Source: an uncultured bacterium
Lineage (GTDB): Bacteria > Zhuqueibacterota > QNDG01 > DTFT01
Length of the DNA stretch: 64,000 nucleotides
NCBI GenBank assembly: GCA_963736115.1
Contig: CAVTNR010000021.1
Span: 1-64,000, forward strand
Direction of reading: 5' to 3'
In this document: positions 50,317-60,206 of the stretch, piece after piece
Layout: the number at the start of each line of letters is the position of its first letter
Numbering within the stretch: the first letter of the stretch is position 1
Made by a program: the position numbers and the translations under genes
The notes under the pieces: model-generated
Databases searched by the model: none
Told to the model about the DNA's origin: nothing
What the model saw: only the letters and a program-made list of their open reading frames with translations

Positions 50317-52811
50317 TTACTCCAGCTCGAACTCCCCTTCCAGGCGGATATCGCGGGACGAACTCCCGACCAGCACCTTGAAGCGTCCCGGTTCCGCTTT
50401 CCAGCCTTTCGATACCGGATCCCAGAAGGAAAGCGCGTCCCGGTCGAGGCTGAAGTCGATCACGCGGCTCTGACCCGGTACAAGGCGGACCTTTCGGAAA
50501 GCCTTGAGCTCTTTCTTCGGACGGTCCACGCTCGATTCCGTATCCGACACATACACCTGAACCACTTCCGCGCCCGCGACCGGACCCGTGTTCCGGACGG
50601 AAAGCCGGACACTGACTCTTCCGTCCGCTCCGATCCGGGACGGCGACACCTTGAGATTGCCGTATTCAAACGTCGTATAGCTCAGCCCGTGGCCGAAGGG
50701 GAAGAGCGGTTCGATTCCATATTGATCAAAATAACGGTACCCGACGTAAAGACCCTCCGAGTATTCCACTCTCCCCGTCTCGCCCGGAAAACGGCCGTAT
50801 GCCGGGCAATCCTCCCATTTGCGGGCGAATGTCGTCGGCAGTTTGCCCGAGGGATTCACGTCGCCGAACAGGATGTCCGCGATCGCGGCTCCGCCTTCCT
50901 GACCCGGGAACCAGACCTGTACCAGTGCCTTGACGGAATCAACCCACGCGTTCATGTCGATCATGGCGCCCGAGCACAGCACCACAGCCGTATTCGGATT
51001 CACCCGGAAACGGCGCGGATCAGCTCCTCCTGGGCCGGATCGAGCCTGAGGTCCGACCTGTCGAAGCCCTCCGATTCCTCCCGTTCCGTGGAACCGGCGA
51101 ACACGACAGCGGCATCCGCCCCCCTGGCTGCCTCGACCGCGAGCGACAATTCGTCCGTTTTTCCGACAGACTCGTTTTTCCACGCAAGCACCGCATCCGC
51201 GCCGCCCGGTCCTTCGAACATCTCGATCCGGATCGAATAGACGCTCCCTGCCTTCAGGTTCACCCGGCCGGTTTTATACGTCAGTGCGTGCTGGCCCCAG
51301 TTATCCACCAGCAGTATGCCGTTGAGCCAGAGGCGCGATCCGTCGTCGGAACCGATTCCAAGGGAATAAGTTCCGGATTCCGTCGGTACCAGGCTGCCGG
51401 TCCAGCGCACGGAAAACCCGTCCGCCGGGAGAGCCGGATGGGGCGCCTGGTCGCCCCAGTTGAATACGATCATGGGATCCGTGCGTACGACCGCGGGCGA
51501 TCCCTGCAAGTTCGGATTCGTGTAGTATTCGCCGACCAGGCCTCTGCGTCCCGATTTGTGACCGGACTGGGACAGGTGGATGGAATCGACCGGGGTCAGA
51601 TCCATCGATTCCGGGACTCCCCTCGCGGAACGTATGTCCACTGCGGTACCCAGCTTCCGCTGAATGCCTTCCAGCGGAGAAACAGCGATGAAAGGATCGA
51701 CTTTCGAGCTTCCGCCGCCGCCGGTCACGGCTTTCACCGCATGCGGACCGATCACCGCAATGGACCGAATCTTTTTACGGTCCAGCGGCAGCATTCCAGC
51801 CGTATTTTTCAGAAGAACCGCGCTCTCCCGGGCCGCCTGCAGGGCCACGGCGCGCTGTCCGGCCGTGTCCACGGCCGCCTCACCGGCGCGGGTGGAATCG
51901 AAAAGTCCGGCCGCAAGCATGGTGCGCAGCATGCGGAAAACCTTATCGTCCACGGTCTTCTCGGGCACGCGTCCGTTACGGATCGCGTTCAGCACCGCCT
52001 CCCGTGTGAGATACTGGCCGCCCGGCATCTCGAGGTCAAGCCCGCCGTTCAGCGTGGAATCCACGTCATGCACAGCGCCCCAGTCGGACATGACCAGGCC
52101 CTTGAAGCCCCATTCGTTTTTCAGCACATCCGTCAGGAGCCATGGATCCGCGCAGCAATAGGGCCCGTTCAACCGGTTGTAGGCGCCCATCACGGCCCAC
52201 ACGCCGGCTTCCTGAACCGAGGCCTTGAAAGCCGGCAGATAGATTTCTCTCAGCGTTCTCTCGTCCACGGCCGCGTTGATCGTGAAACGCTCGCTTTCCT
52301 GGTTATTCACTGCAAAGTGCTTCACTGTCGCGATGACGCCCTTTGCCTGCATGCCCCGGATATAGGAAACCGCCATGCGGGACGCCAGAAACGGATCCTC
52401 CCCGAAGCTCTCGAAGTTGCGGCCCCCGTGCGGCACGCGGTGTATGTTGACGCACGGCCCGAGCAGAACATTCAGGCCCTTGGCCCGTGTCTCAACCGCT
52501 ATCGCCTGCCCCGTATTCCCGACAAGATCCGGGTTCCAGGTCGCGGCCATGGCTACACCGGACGGAAACGCGGTCGACCGGCCCTTGCGCACGCCCAGGG
52601 GGCCGTCCGTCATTTTCATCGCCGGAATGCCGAGCCTGGGAACCGGCCTGGAATCGAATCCGGTGCCGGAAAGCATGTCGGCTTTTTCTTCGAGAGTCAT
52701 CCGCGACAGCAGTTTCGCGGCCCTGGAATCGACATCCGAAGGACCGGAACAGGATGTCCAGACTGCTGCGGCGAGCAAAGCCGGCAGTATCAGGTTTTTC
52801 GCTTTTCGCAT
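50317..52811 (-). CDS. GH3 beta-glucosidase with PA14 and Fn3-like domains, probable lipoprotein (one frameshift near 51003)
   Basis: TDGPLGVR, GGRNFESFGEDP, KHFAVNNQE, VMSDW, PA14 FSVRWTG..SDDGSRL, YSEGLYVGYRYF, FGHGLSYT; lipobox-like VWTSC. Confidence 0.93.
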
Positions 52812-52905
52812 GAAAAGAGCCTCCGTTGGGGATCGTTTCCGGTTACCCCGGTAATTAACGCTTTTATAAACATCCTCTCAAGTAAAAGAATGTAAAAACC
52901 TTCAG

Positions 52906-52941
52906 AACCTCCCGCGGGTTTGTAAAAGCAAGCGGAAGGTT
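52906..52941. repeat. Hairpin element AACCTCCCG-N18-CGGAAGGTT (copy 2)
   Basis: Same ends, same internal C/A mismatch and same orientation as 50232-50269. Confidence 0.55.
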
Positions 52942-52959
52942 AAACGCGTCCTGACAAGC

Positions 52960-52990
52960 AAAAAGCGGGAATCCAGTCCCGCTTTTTTTT
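52960..52990. terminator. Bidirectional intrinsic terminator
   Basis: AAAAAGCGGGA-ATCCAG-TCCCGCTTTTTTTT, downstream of the beta-barrel gene. Confidence 0.8.
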
Positions 52991-53013
52991 AAAAATACTA
53001 TCATTTTCCTGCA

Positions 53014-53038
53014 GTGCGACGCACCGCGTCGCCCCTAC
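53014..53038 (-). repeat. GTAG-type REP-like element
   Basis: Minus strand GTAGGG-GCGACGC-GGT-GCGTCGC-AC. Confidence 0.65.
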
Positions 53039-53081
53039 GGGATGTCCCGACCATCCCGGAGTCGACCCCGGGGGCCGGATT

Positions 53082-54176
53082 CTAAAACCTGTACTCCATC
53101 CCCCCTGTGATTTCAAAACCCATCAGCCATTTTGCGTCATGCAGGGAATAGTCCCTGCCGCGGAGCACCTTTACCTCGCCCTTCAGCTTCATCTCCGGGC
53201 TCACCTGCCGCTCCGGACCGAATCCCACTCCCGCATGATACCCGTGGGTGATCGCGTCCGTCTTGAAAAAATACCTCGCTTCAGCCGAATAATTGAGAGC
53301 CGTTTGAGGGTTGAGCCGCCTGCGGTACCGGGCCATGGTCTCGAACTCGTCCCTCTGCATTTTGAATTCAGCGTCCGTCCCGGGCATATAGATCACGCTC
53401 TTGCCCCGGCTCCTGAACCGGCCGAACAGCCAGAGCAGGTCGTATCCGATATATCTCTTGTACTGGCCGGCGGCCATGACCTTGGCGCCCGATTTCATCA
53501 TGTCCGCTTTATCGTATACGTCTTTTCCATACACCGTGACCGTGAGATCAAAGGATACCGCGGACACCTCCGAGGTCTGGTAATCAATGCCGCCCGTGAG
53601 CAATAGCTCACCGCCCTGCTTGTATGTTTTCATTCCTTGCACCGGCACATACCCTCCTTTATGCTGGTAGGAGGCGCCGAGGCCGAGAACGGTCTGGTCG
53701 TTCAGGGGATTTGCCCAGGTGATCCCGGGCGATACGGAAAACCCCTGTCCGAAAACAGGAACCCGGTAATTGAAATAACTGTTGCTCAGGCCGATGGATG
53801 TGGCAAATTCGTCCTGCGTCAGCTCCCGCTTTCCGGTCGGCAGGCCGACGCCCAGATTCAGCAGGAGGTTCCGGTCCTCCATATAATAATTCGCGGACAC
53901 CTGCGCGTCCGTGATCCCCGAGAGATCCTCGAAATGAAGGCCGGATGCGGACGCGCCGCCGAGGAATACGCTCAGGCCCGCATTGCGTTCGATCGGATAA
54001 TACGCTTCGACCGGAAAGTGGAACTCGGAGAGACTGGCGACATCGGTGATGGACCAGGACTGATACCCGGCCGAGATCAGGACCTTGCCCCGGGCGGAAA
54101 TCACGTCCGGGTCGTCATCCGCGGCCGAAACGGAGCAGGCGAGCAGGACGAATACGATCAAGCGGAGCGGTTTCAT
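53082..54176 (-). CDS. Predicted outer-membrane beta-barrel protein of unknown function
   Basis: Signal peptide, alternating amphipathic strands (NLGVGLPTG, LGLGASYQ, LLTGGIDYQ), terminal beta-signal GGMEYRF. Confidence 0.72.
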   Translation of the reverse strand: MKPLRLIVFVLLACSVSAADDDPDVISARGKVLISAGYQSWSITDVASLSEFHFPVEAYYPIERNAGLSVFLGGASASGLHFEDLSGITDAQVSANYYMEDRNLLLNLGVGLPTGKRELTQDEFATSIGLSNSYFNYRVPVFGQGFSVSPGITWANPLNDQTVLGLGASYQHKGGYVPVQGMKTYKQGGELLLTGGIDYQTSEVSAVSFDLTVTVYGKDVYDKADMMKSGAKVMAAGQYKRYIGYDLLWLFGRFRSRGKSVIYMPGTDAEFKMQRDEFETMARYRRRLNPQTALNYSAEARYFFKTDAITHGYHAGVGFGPERQVSPEMKLKGEVKVLRGRDYSLHDAKWLMGFEITGGMEYRF

Positions 54177-54189
54177 GGTTCCTCCGGGC

Positions 54190-57100
54190 CTATCGGATCA
54201 ATGCCATTTTACGGGAGGTGGCGAATGCGCCGGCCCGGACGCGGCAGACATACACGCCGCTCGGCACGGGCCTGCCGGAATCGTCGCGACCGTTCCACAC
54301 GGCTTCATGAACGCCCGCTCCCAGCACGCCGGACTCCAGGGTGCGGATCTTCCGGCCGAGTCCGTCGAACACGTCCACGGACACGCGGCCCTTATGCTCC
54401 AGGCTGTATTCAATGCGGGTCTCCGGATTGAAAGGATTCGGATAATTCGGCTTCAGGTCGAATTGGTACGGCTCGAGCGGCAGGCCACGGCCGGCCGATT
54501 CCGCGAACTCCTCCGTGCCGACGATCAATTTCAGGTGAAGTCCGCTTCCGTCCTTCGGGACATCCGCTTCGGCCCCCCCGTCGTTCAGGTCCAGACAGCA
54601 TTCACGGTCCGTGTCGAGCAGCCAGGTTTTGAATCCGGCCGGCAGACCTGCCATGCCGTCGATTTGGATCACCACGCGCTTGTCCTTTGCGGACGGCTTC
54701 AAATCAATGTCCCACGCGGCGCCCTGTTCTGAAACCGCCATGAAATTCCCCGCGTACCGGTTCCCTTTCGTGTCCGTCACGCTGAGAATCAGGCGTTCGC
54801 CGATGGGCGGGGCTTCGAGATAATCCTCCGGGTCCGCGCCGTCTTCGGCCGTCCGGAGCATGCCGACACGCGTTTTTCCGCTCCTCAGTTTCGATTCCAC
54901 TCCGGCGCCGGACAGGTCCAGGACGAATTCCTGCCTGTCCATGCGTCTCGGAGGAGATGCTTTTGGTGTGCCCGCCATGGGAGGCACTTGCAGGACGATC
55001 GGTGCTGTGGTCCGGTTATAAACGAAGTATCCTCTCCACGGCACAAGAACAGTTTGGCTGTAATTGTACAGTCCTTCTCCCGGATAATACACAACCGGTG
55101 CCTGCAATGAAGTGCTCGGAACGCCTGTCGCCGAGAGTATCCGGCTCCAGGTGATTTCATACGCGAACGGATTCCCGATCATGTTCCAGCCCGGACGCAG
55201 AGTGATCCGGTAATTCAGCGTCGTCCAATCGGTCGGTCCTGTCCCTGTTCTCTGAATGGCCGGGGTCTCGCTCACGTCCCGGAGGGTGAGGTCCAGGGCT
55301 TCGCGGGCGATGAGCCAGTACGCGATGCCGGGTTTGAAAGTAAGGCTGTCCGCAGGCGTGAATTCCGGGTATTCCAGGTAACGGCCGGCCTTGTAATAGA
55401 ACAGCCGCCAATTCTTGGCTCCGTATTCCCCCAGACCTTCCAGCACGGTTCCGATGCGGCCATCCGCGAGCATGTACGGAATAGAAAAAAAGGCATACAA
55501 TCCCGTATGGACATGCACGTCGTCGCCCGTGAAGGTCAGCGACGGCGCCTGGACGGATCCTCCGGTATAAATGATGTCCGGCGAACTCGCGTTGTTCGAA
55601 ACGATGCGCACCTGCCCGCCGCTGAAGGCCACCTCGGTGGGATGAAAACGAACCGTCAGGGCAATGGAATCTCCGGCCGGGATCGTGATCGCCGGCGGAG
55701 CGGCCCGGGAGAGCAGAGAGTATGCGGACGGCCCGTTTTGGAGTATTGAAAGCGAATCAATGGTCAGATCGCCCGTGCCGATGTTCACGATGAATGTGCT
55801 CAACGTGTCCGATTCCCCGGGCGCCAGCGTATCATACATGAAGAAATGGGTCAAACCCTCACGGATATTCCTGACGGTCAATGCGGGCTCCGGGATGCGC
55901 ATGAATCCGGAAAAGATGGCGCCCCCGCTGTCCGTGGCGACATAGACCCTGTTGTCCGGCCCCACTGAAACCGATCGCACGGAATTCGCGGGAATTCCGG
56001 AATTCCCGACACGATAGACATTGGAGACAGTCGCGCCCGCGACTCCGGTCGGCGGAATCACCCGCGCCAGGCCTCCGGACGTGCCCACCCACAGATTCCC
56101 GTCCAGATCCGAGGCGAATGCCCGTACGTCCTGCGAAGGCAGTATCGTCGTCAGGTGACTGCCCCATGTTCCGGAGGAATGCCGGGCAATGCCTGAATAA
56201 TAAGTGCCGACCCAGACGCCTCCGGTCGCGTCGGCCCACAGCGACTGGATCGATCCGGGCGTGATGCCGACCGAGCTCCCGTCCGTCTGCACCCAGGAAG
56301 TCGTATTGAAACGAATCGGACCGGGAGACTGGAAATCTGAAACCCATACCGTACCATCGCCGCCGACGGACACATCCTGAATTTCATAGGCGCCCGCGGG
56401 AAGGGGCGCGATATTCGACGATGTGTTGTACGTCGTCCATGCGGTGCCGTTGAATCGTCCGACGCCGTCGAATGTGCCGATCCAGACATCCCCGTTGACC
56501 GGTGATACAGCGACGGAATTGACGAAATCGCCCGGGAATCCCGCCGTGTTATTGTCCAGAGAGTACTGCGTCCATCCTGTTCCGTTGAAATGTAAAACGC
56601 CGTTGCCGTATGTCCCCACCCAGGCGCGTCCCTGGGCGTCCAGAGCCAGGGAAGTAAACTCTCCTTCAAACAGACCCAGCGAACCGGCGGACCACGAATT
56701 CCCCGTAACCCCGTCGAAATGGTAGATGCGGCCGGAAGAGCAGGCCCACCGCGCGCTGGTCTCGGTCACGGCCGTGGCAATGAGTCCGTCCTCTTCGAGG
56801 TCCATGTCCGGTTGGTCCACGTTCGTCCAGGTCGATGCGCCCGTCAATTGAGCCAGCCCGCCGGTGCCGGTGCCCACCCACAATGCGCCGGAAGCGGCCG
56901 GCAGAACGGCGGTGACTTCATTGGTCGGTATGCCGCTGCCCGAAGTGTCCTGATACGTCCATGATGTGCCATCGTACCGGGACAGGCCGCTGTCATCTGT
57001 GCCTACCCATATCACGCCTGCGGCCGTATCCGCTGTGATGCATTTCAGGAGAGCTGAAGGCAGACCGCCTCCGGTGGAGGCTGTGTCGAATATTCTCCAT

Positions 57101-57795
57101 GAGGTCATTTCCTGTTTCGCCGCCCCGCCTGCCGCAGTGGCCACCCATGTGAATCCGTCCCTGTCCACTGCAATCCCCGTGATAAAACGGTCGATCAGGT
57201 TGATGCTCAGGTCGACAAACTGAACGCCATCCGACCGCACGATACCCCTTCGCGTGCCGACCCACAGAAAGCCGGCGCCCTGCGCCAGACTGGTTACGGT
57301 ATCCGAAGGAAGCGAATTGGCGCCGCTGATCGGAGCAAGCCAGATCTGAGAGGCCAGATTCCGGCGGCTCAGGCCGCTGACCGTGCCGACCCACAAGTTG
57401 CCGTTGAAGATGGTCAAAGCATTGATCGTGTCGCTTCCCACGGAATCCCTGCGATAAATCCGGAAAAGCGGAGCCCCGCTGTAACGCACCACTCCTTTTC
57501 CGAGAGTTCCGATCCAGAGCTGGTTGCGCAGCGTGTCGAATACCAGAGCCGTGATGTGATTCGAAGGGAGGCCCGAATTGGCTGTGTTAAAATACTGAAC
57601 GACCTGCCGTGAATTCCTGTCAATCTGGACCAGTCCGCCCGTTGTACCGACCCACAGGTCGTTGTTCGCCTCGGCAAGCGCCGTGATATGACTGCCGCTG
57701 GTGTACTGTTCCCAGTACGCGAACTGCGCAAAAGCCGGACCCGTAAAAACCGCGGCCGCGATCATGATCCAAGCTGGAAATTTCCGGGTTTTCAT
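54190..57795 (-). CDS. Secreted beta-propeller repeat protein with Ig-like domain and C-terminal FlgD-Ig/T9SS-type sorting domain (1201 aa)
   Basis: Signal peptide; about 14 blades of the D..G.LWVGT..GL type; Ig segment VNIGTGDLTI..VRFHPT; LRPGWNMIGNPF; CTD PNYPNPFNPETRIEY..VFDGLGRKIRTL..WNGRDDSG..VPSGVY. Confidence 0.8.
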   Translation of the reverse strand: MKTRKFPAWIMIAAAVFTGPAFAQFAYWEQYTSGSHITALAEANNDLWVGTTGGLVQIDRNSRQVVQYFNTANSGLPSNHITALVFDTLRNQLWIGTLGKGVVRYSGAPLFRIYRRDSVGSDTINALTIFNGNLWVGTVSGLSRRNLASQIWLAPISGANSLPSDTVTSLAQGAGFLWVGTRRGIVRSDGVQFVDLSINLIDRFITGIAVDRDGFTWVATAAGGAAKQEMTSWRIFDTASTGGGLPSALLKCITADTAAGVIWVGTDDSGLSRYDGTSWTYQDTSGSGIPTNEVTAVLPAASGALWVGTGTGGLAQLTGASTWTNVDQPDMDLEEDGLIATAVTETSARWACSSGRIYHFDGVTGNSWSAGSLGLFEGEFTSLALDAQGRAWVGTYGNGVLHFNGTGWTQYSLDNNTAGFPGDFVNSVAVSPVNGDVWIGTFDGVGRFNGTAWTTYNTSSNIAPLPAGAYEIQDVSVGGDGTVWVSDFQSPGPIRFNTTSWVQTDGSSVGITPGSIQSLWADATGGVWVGTYYSGIARHSSGTWGSHLTTILPSQDVRAFASDLDGNLWVGTSGGLARVIPPTGVAGATVSNVYRVGNSGIPANSVRSVSVGPDNRVYVATDSGGAIFSGFMRIPEPALTVRNIREGLTHFFMYDTLAPGESDTLSTFIVNIGTGDLTIDSLSILQNGPSAYSLLSRAAPPAITIPAGDSIALTVRFHPTEVAFSGGQVRIVSNNASSPDIIYTGGSVQAPSLTFTGDDVHVHTGLYAFFSIPYMLADGRIGTVLEGLGEYGAKNWRLFYYKAGRYLEYPEFTPADSLTFKPGIAYWLIAREALDLTLRDVSETPAIQRTGTGPTDWTTLNYRITLRPGWNMIGNPFAYEITWSRILSATGVPSTSLQAPVVYYPGEGLYNYSQTVLVPWRGYFVYNRTTAPIVLQVPPMAGTPKASPPRRMDRQEFVLDLSGAGVESKLRSGKTRVGMLRTAEDGADPEDYLEAPPIGERLILSVTDTKGNRYAGNFMAVSEQGAAWDIDLKPSAKDKRVVIQIDGMAGLPAGFKTWLLDTDRECCLDLNDGGAEADVPKDGSGLHLKLIVGTEEFAESAGRGLPLEPYQFDLKPNYPNPFNPETRIEYSLEHKGRVSVDVFDGLGRKIRTLESGVLGAGVHEAVWNGRDDSGRPVPSGVYVCRVRAGAFATSRKMALIR

Positions 57796-57843
57796 GCACG
57801 TCTCCTGTTCATGGCATTCCCTCCTCCGCCGCGACCGGCCGGT

Positions 57844-59160
57844 TCACGGCACGGTGTTCGGGAGAGCGGGAGGTTCGGGAAGATCCGGAACCACGAAGGA
57901 CTCCGTCGGGACTTCGCCCGCCTTGCGGACATCCTTGCCCAGAATGAAATTGGAACCCATATTGGTTTGCACCGTATTCAGACGGTCGTGCATCAGCGAT
58001 TCCGGGCTGATCAGGGGCTGAACCAGCCGGTCCGCGACCCTCGGCCGGCTGTCGGCCGGCCGCCATCCCGATTCCACGGCACGGGCCAGAATGGAAGCGG
58101 TGCGGAGCTTCTGCTGCGCGGACTTGTACTGGGGATCCATTTGAAGCGCCTTCTGGTATTGCGCGGCCGCTTTCTGAAACTGGCCCTTGTCCTCGAGGTC
58201 GAGACCGGTGCAGTATGCGATGAAGGCCTGCAGGTTCTTCGTGGGAACGGTCAGGATGCGCCGGCGTTCAGCAGGTGTCGGCTCCACGCCCAGACGGTCG
58301 AGCACCTTGAATGCGAGGTCCTTTTCCGCGCGCAAAAGGTTTTTAAACGCGTCGGTCAGCGTCACCGGCCGGGTCGCGGCCGCATCCGCGTCCGAAGTCT
58401 TGAGAGTGACGGCCTCCACGCGCATCTTCTGCGATGGATCCACGGTCAAGCCGCCTCGCACCACGCGGCCCGCGCTGAGCATCAGGCCGAACCGGGCGGC
58501 CTGCGATTCGTCCACCAGCCCGGTCTGTCCGAGCTTGACCTCGTCGAACAGAGACTGAACGCGCACCCGTTCGACCAGTTTCAGCGAGGGGATCTGGCTG
58601 AGGTCCGTGATGAGCATTTCCGCGAGCCCTTTGCCGACCGGAAACATCTGGGGGTCGCCGGATTCGACACGGAAAGGCAGAACCGCGATCGTTCCGGGCG
58701 CAGGCCTGACAGCGCCTATGGCGGACTCCTGGGCGGCCAGTTGTATCGCCTCCTCCTTCAGGGATTCCCGCCGAAGCACGAGGTACCGCTCCTCCACCCG
58801 GTCCCGGAAAGGTCCGGCCGGGGCTGAAGCGTACCTGGAATAGAGTTTCATCGCATCCGGCTTTAAATCCTGTTTTTCAAGCATCATGCCCAGATAGTAC
58901 AGACACAGGGGATCGTCCGGACTCAGTTTCAGGGCTCGTTGAAGGCATTTGCTGGCAATGGCATATTTGCCCGCTTGATAACAGGCTTCACCCAGCCCCT
59001 TCAATGCCTCGATGTCCCTGGGGTTTTTCTTGATACGGCCGGCCCAGGCCTGCATGTCCCGGGTCGTTCCGGTGGAAGCGGCGGATTGGGATCGGGCGGA
59101 TTGAAAAATCAGAAGGCCGAATAGAAGACAGACGATTGAGATGCGGACCCCTCGGCGCAT
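57844..59160 (-). CDS. Exported TPR protein with CsgG/FlgO/TolB-N-like domain
   Basis: Signal peptide, N- and C-terminal TPRs, central IAVLPF..GKGLAEMLITDLSQIPSLKLVERVRVQSLFDEVKLGQTGLVD..AARFG. Confidence 0.75.
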   Translation of the reverse strand: MRRGVRISIVCLLFGLLIFQSARSQSAASTGTTRDMQAWAGRIKKNPRDIEALKGLGEACYQAGKYAIASKCLQRALKLSPDDPLCLYYLGMMLEKQDLKPDAMKLYSRYASAPAGPFRDRVEERYLVLRRESLKEEAIQLAAQESAIGAVRPAPGTIAVLPFRVESGDPQMFPVGKGLAEMLITDLSQIPSLKLVERVRVQSLFDEVKLGQTGLVDESQAARFGLMLSAGRVVRGGLTVDPSQKMRVEAVTLKTSDADAAATRPVTLTDAFKNLLRAEKDLAFKVLDRLGVEPTPAERRRILTVPTKNLQAFIAYCTGLDLEDKGQFQKAAAQYQKALQMDPQYKSAQQKLRTASILARAVESGWRPADSRPRVADRLVQPLISPESLMHDRLNTVQTNMGSNFILGKDVRKAGEVPTESFVVPDLPEPPALPNTVP

Positions 59161-59259
59161 GACACCCCCCTTGCGGTTGAGTCCTTCCACGGAAATGCGT
59201 GCAACTTCTCTATTATACGATATTTTTAAATCAATTTCCATATCCATTTGGGCTCCGGT

Positions 59260-60018
59260 TCATCCCCCGATACCGTAGTAAACAGCCAGTGATTTGAGCG
59301 GCCGCATGTGCTCGATATGTGTTCTGAAATAGAGATCGAACATTTTGCGGATTTCCGCCTTCAGCCCAGAAGGCGGGTTGAGACGGCTGGCCTCTTCAAG
59401 CGCCGCGCCCTGCAGCCAGAACAGGATTTCAAGGGTTTCCCCTTCGATGCGCAGTCCCCCCCGCCTGGCCCCGCATTCCCTGCAGAGAAGGCCGCCATTG
59501 ACCGGCAGAAAGAAACCGCCGCCCGCGCCGAGCGAACCGCCGCAGTCCAGGCACCGGTCCCATGTCGGCTGATATCCCATCATGCCGATAAAGCGTCCCT
59601 CGAAATACCAGAGACAGCCTTCCAGAAAACCGTCCGCTTCGTTCATGGCCCTGAGGTACCGGACGATCATGTCGAACAGCGCAGGGTTGGGTTCTTCGGC
59701 GAGCACGGCCTTGTCCAGAAGTTCGCAGGCCGCCAGGCCGAGCGCGGTCCTCTCCGTGTTTCCGAGAACGTGAATGTGGCCGTCCTTCAGATCCGCCTGG
59801 CTCAGCAGCTGCAGATCCCGCGTTCTTTTATCGTAATAGATCAGATCGATATGGGCCAGGCTTTCGATGCATCCCTTGAACTTGCTCTTGGGGCCCAACG
59901 CGCCCTTGGCGACAACCCGTATCTTTCCGTGATCGCGGGTGAAAACAGAGAGTATTTTTGAGGTCTCGCTCAGGCGCCATCCCCTGAGCACCACGCCCTC
60001 GGTTTTCAGGATGGCCAT
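59260..60018 (-). CDS. recO: DNA repair protein RecO
   Basis: KTEGVVLR..ETSKIL..FTRDHGKIRVVAKG; Zn finger CLDCG..GGLLCREC. Confidence 0.93.
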   Translation of the reverse strand: MAILKTEGVVLRGWRLSETSKILSVFTRDHGKIRVVAKGALGPKSKFKGCIESLAHIDLIYYDKRTRDLQLLSQADLKDGHIHVLGNTERTALGLAACELLDKAVLAEEPNPALFDMIVRYLRAMNEADGFLEGCLWYFEGRFIGMMGYQPTWDRCLDCGGSLGAGGGFFLPVNGGLLCRECGARRGGLRIEGETLEILFWLQGAALEEASRLNPPSGLKAEIRKMFDLYFRTHIEHMRPLKSLAVYYGIGG

Positions 60019-60206
60019 TGAGCCGCCCCCGCCCGGGACGGATGTCCCGGGCCATCGCCATCAGGATTAAGAACAATTCGAATCAATAAGTTACCCTATT
60101 CCCAGTTTCTTTATCCGCGTCCATCCGTTTCATCCGCGCGCCGACCTTCAATGAATTAAATTAGAATTGATTGGTCCCGCTTTGCGGGGAGGCGTCCGTG
60201 TTCCAT

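Noticed and set aside
52906-52945. Integron attC site (AAC...GTTAAAC)
   Set aside because: It is too short (36 bp), lacks the RYYYAAC left core, and there is no integron integrase or cassette array.
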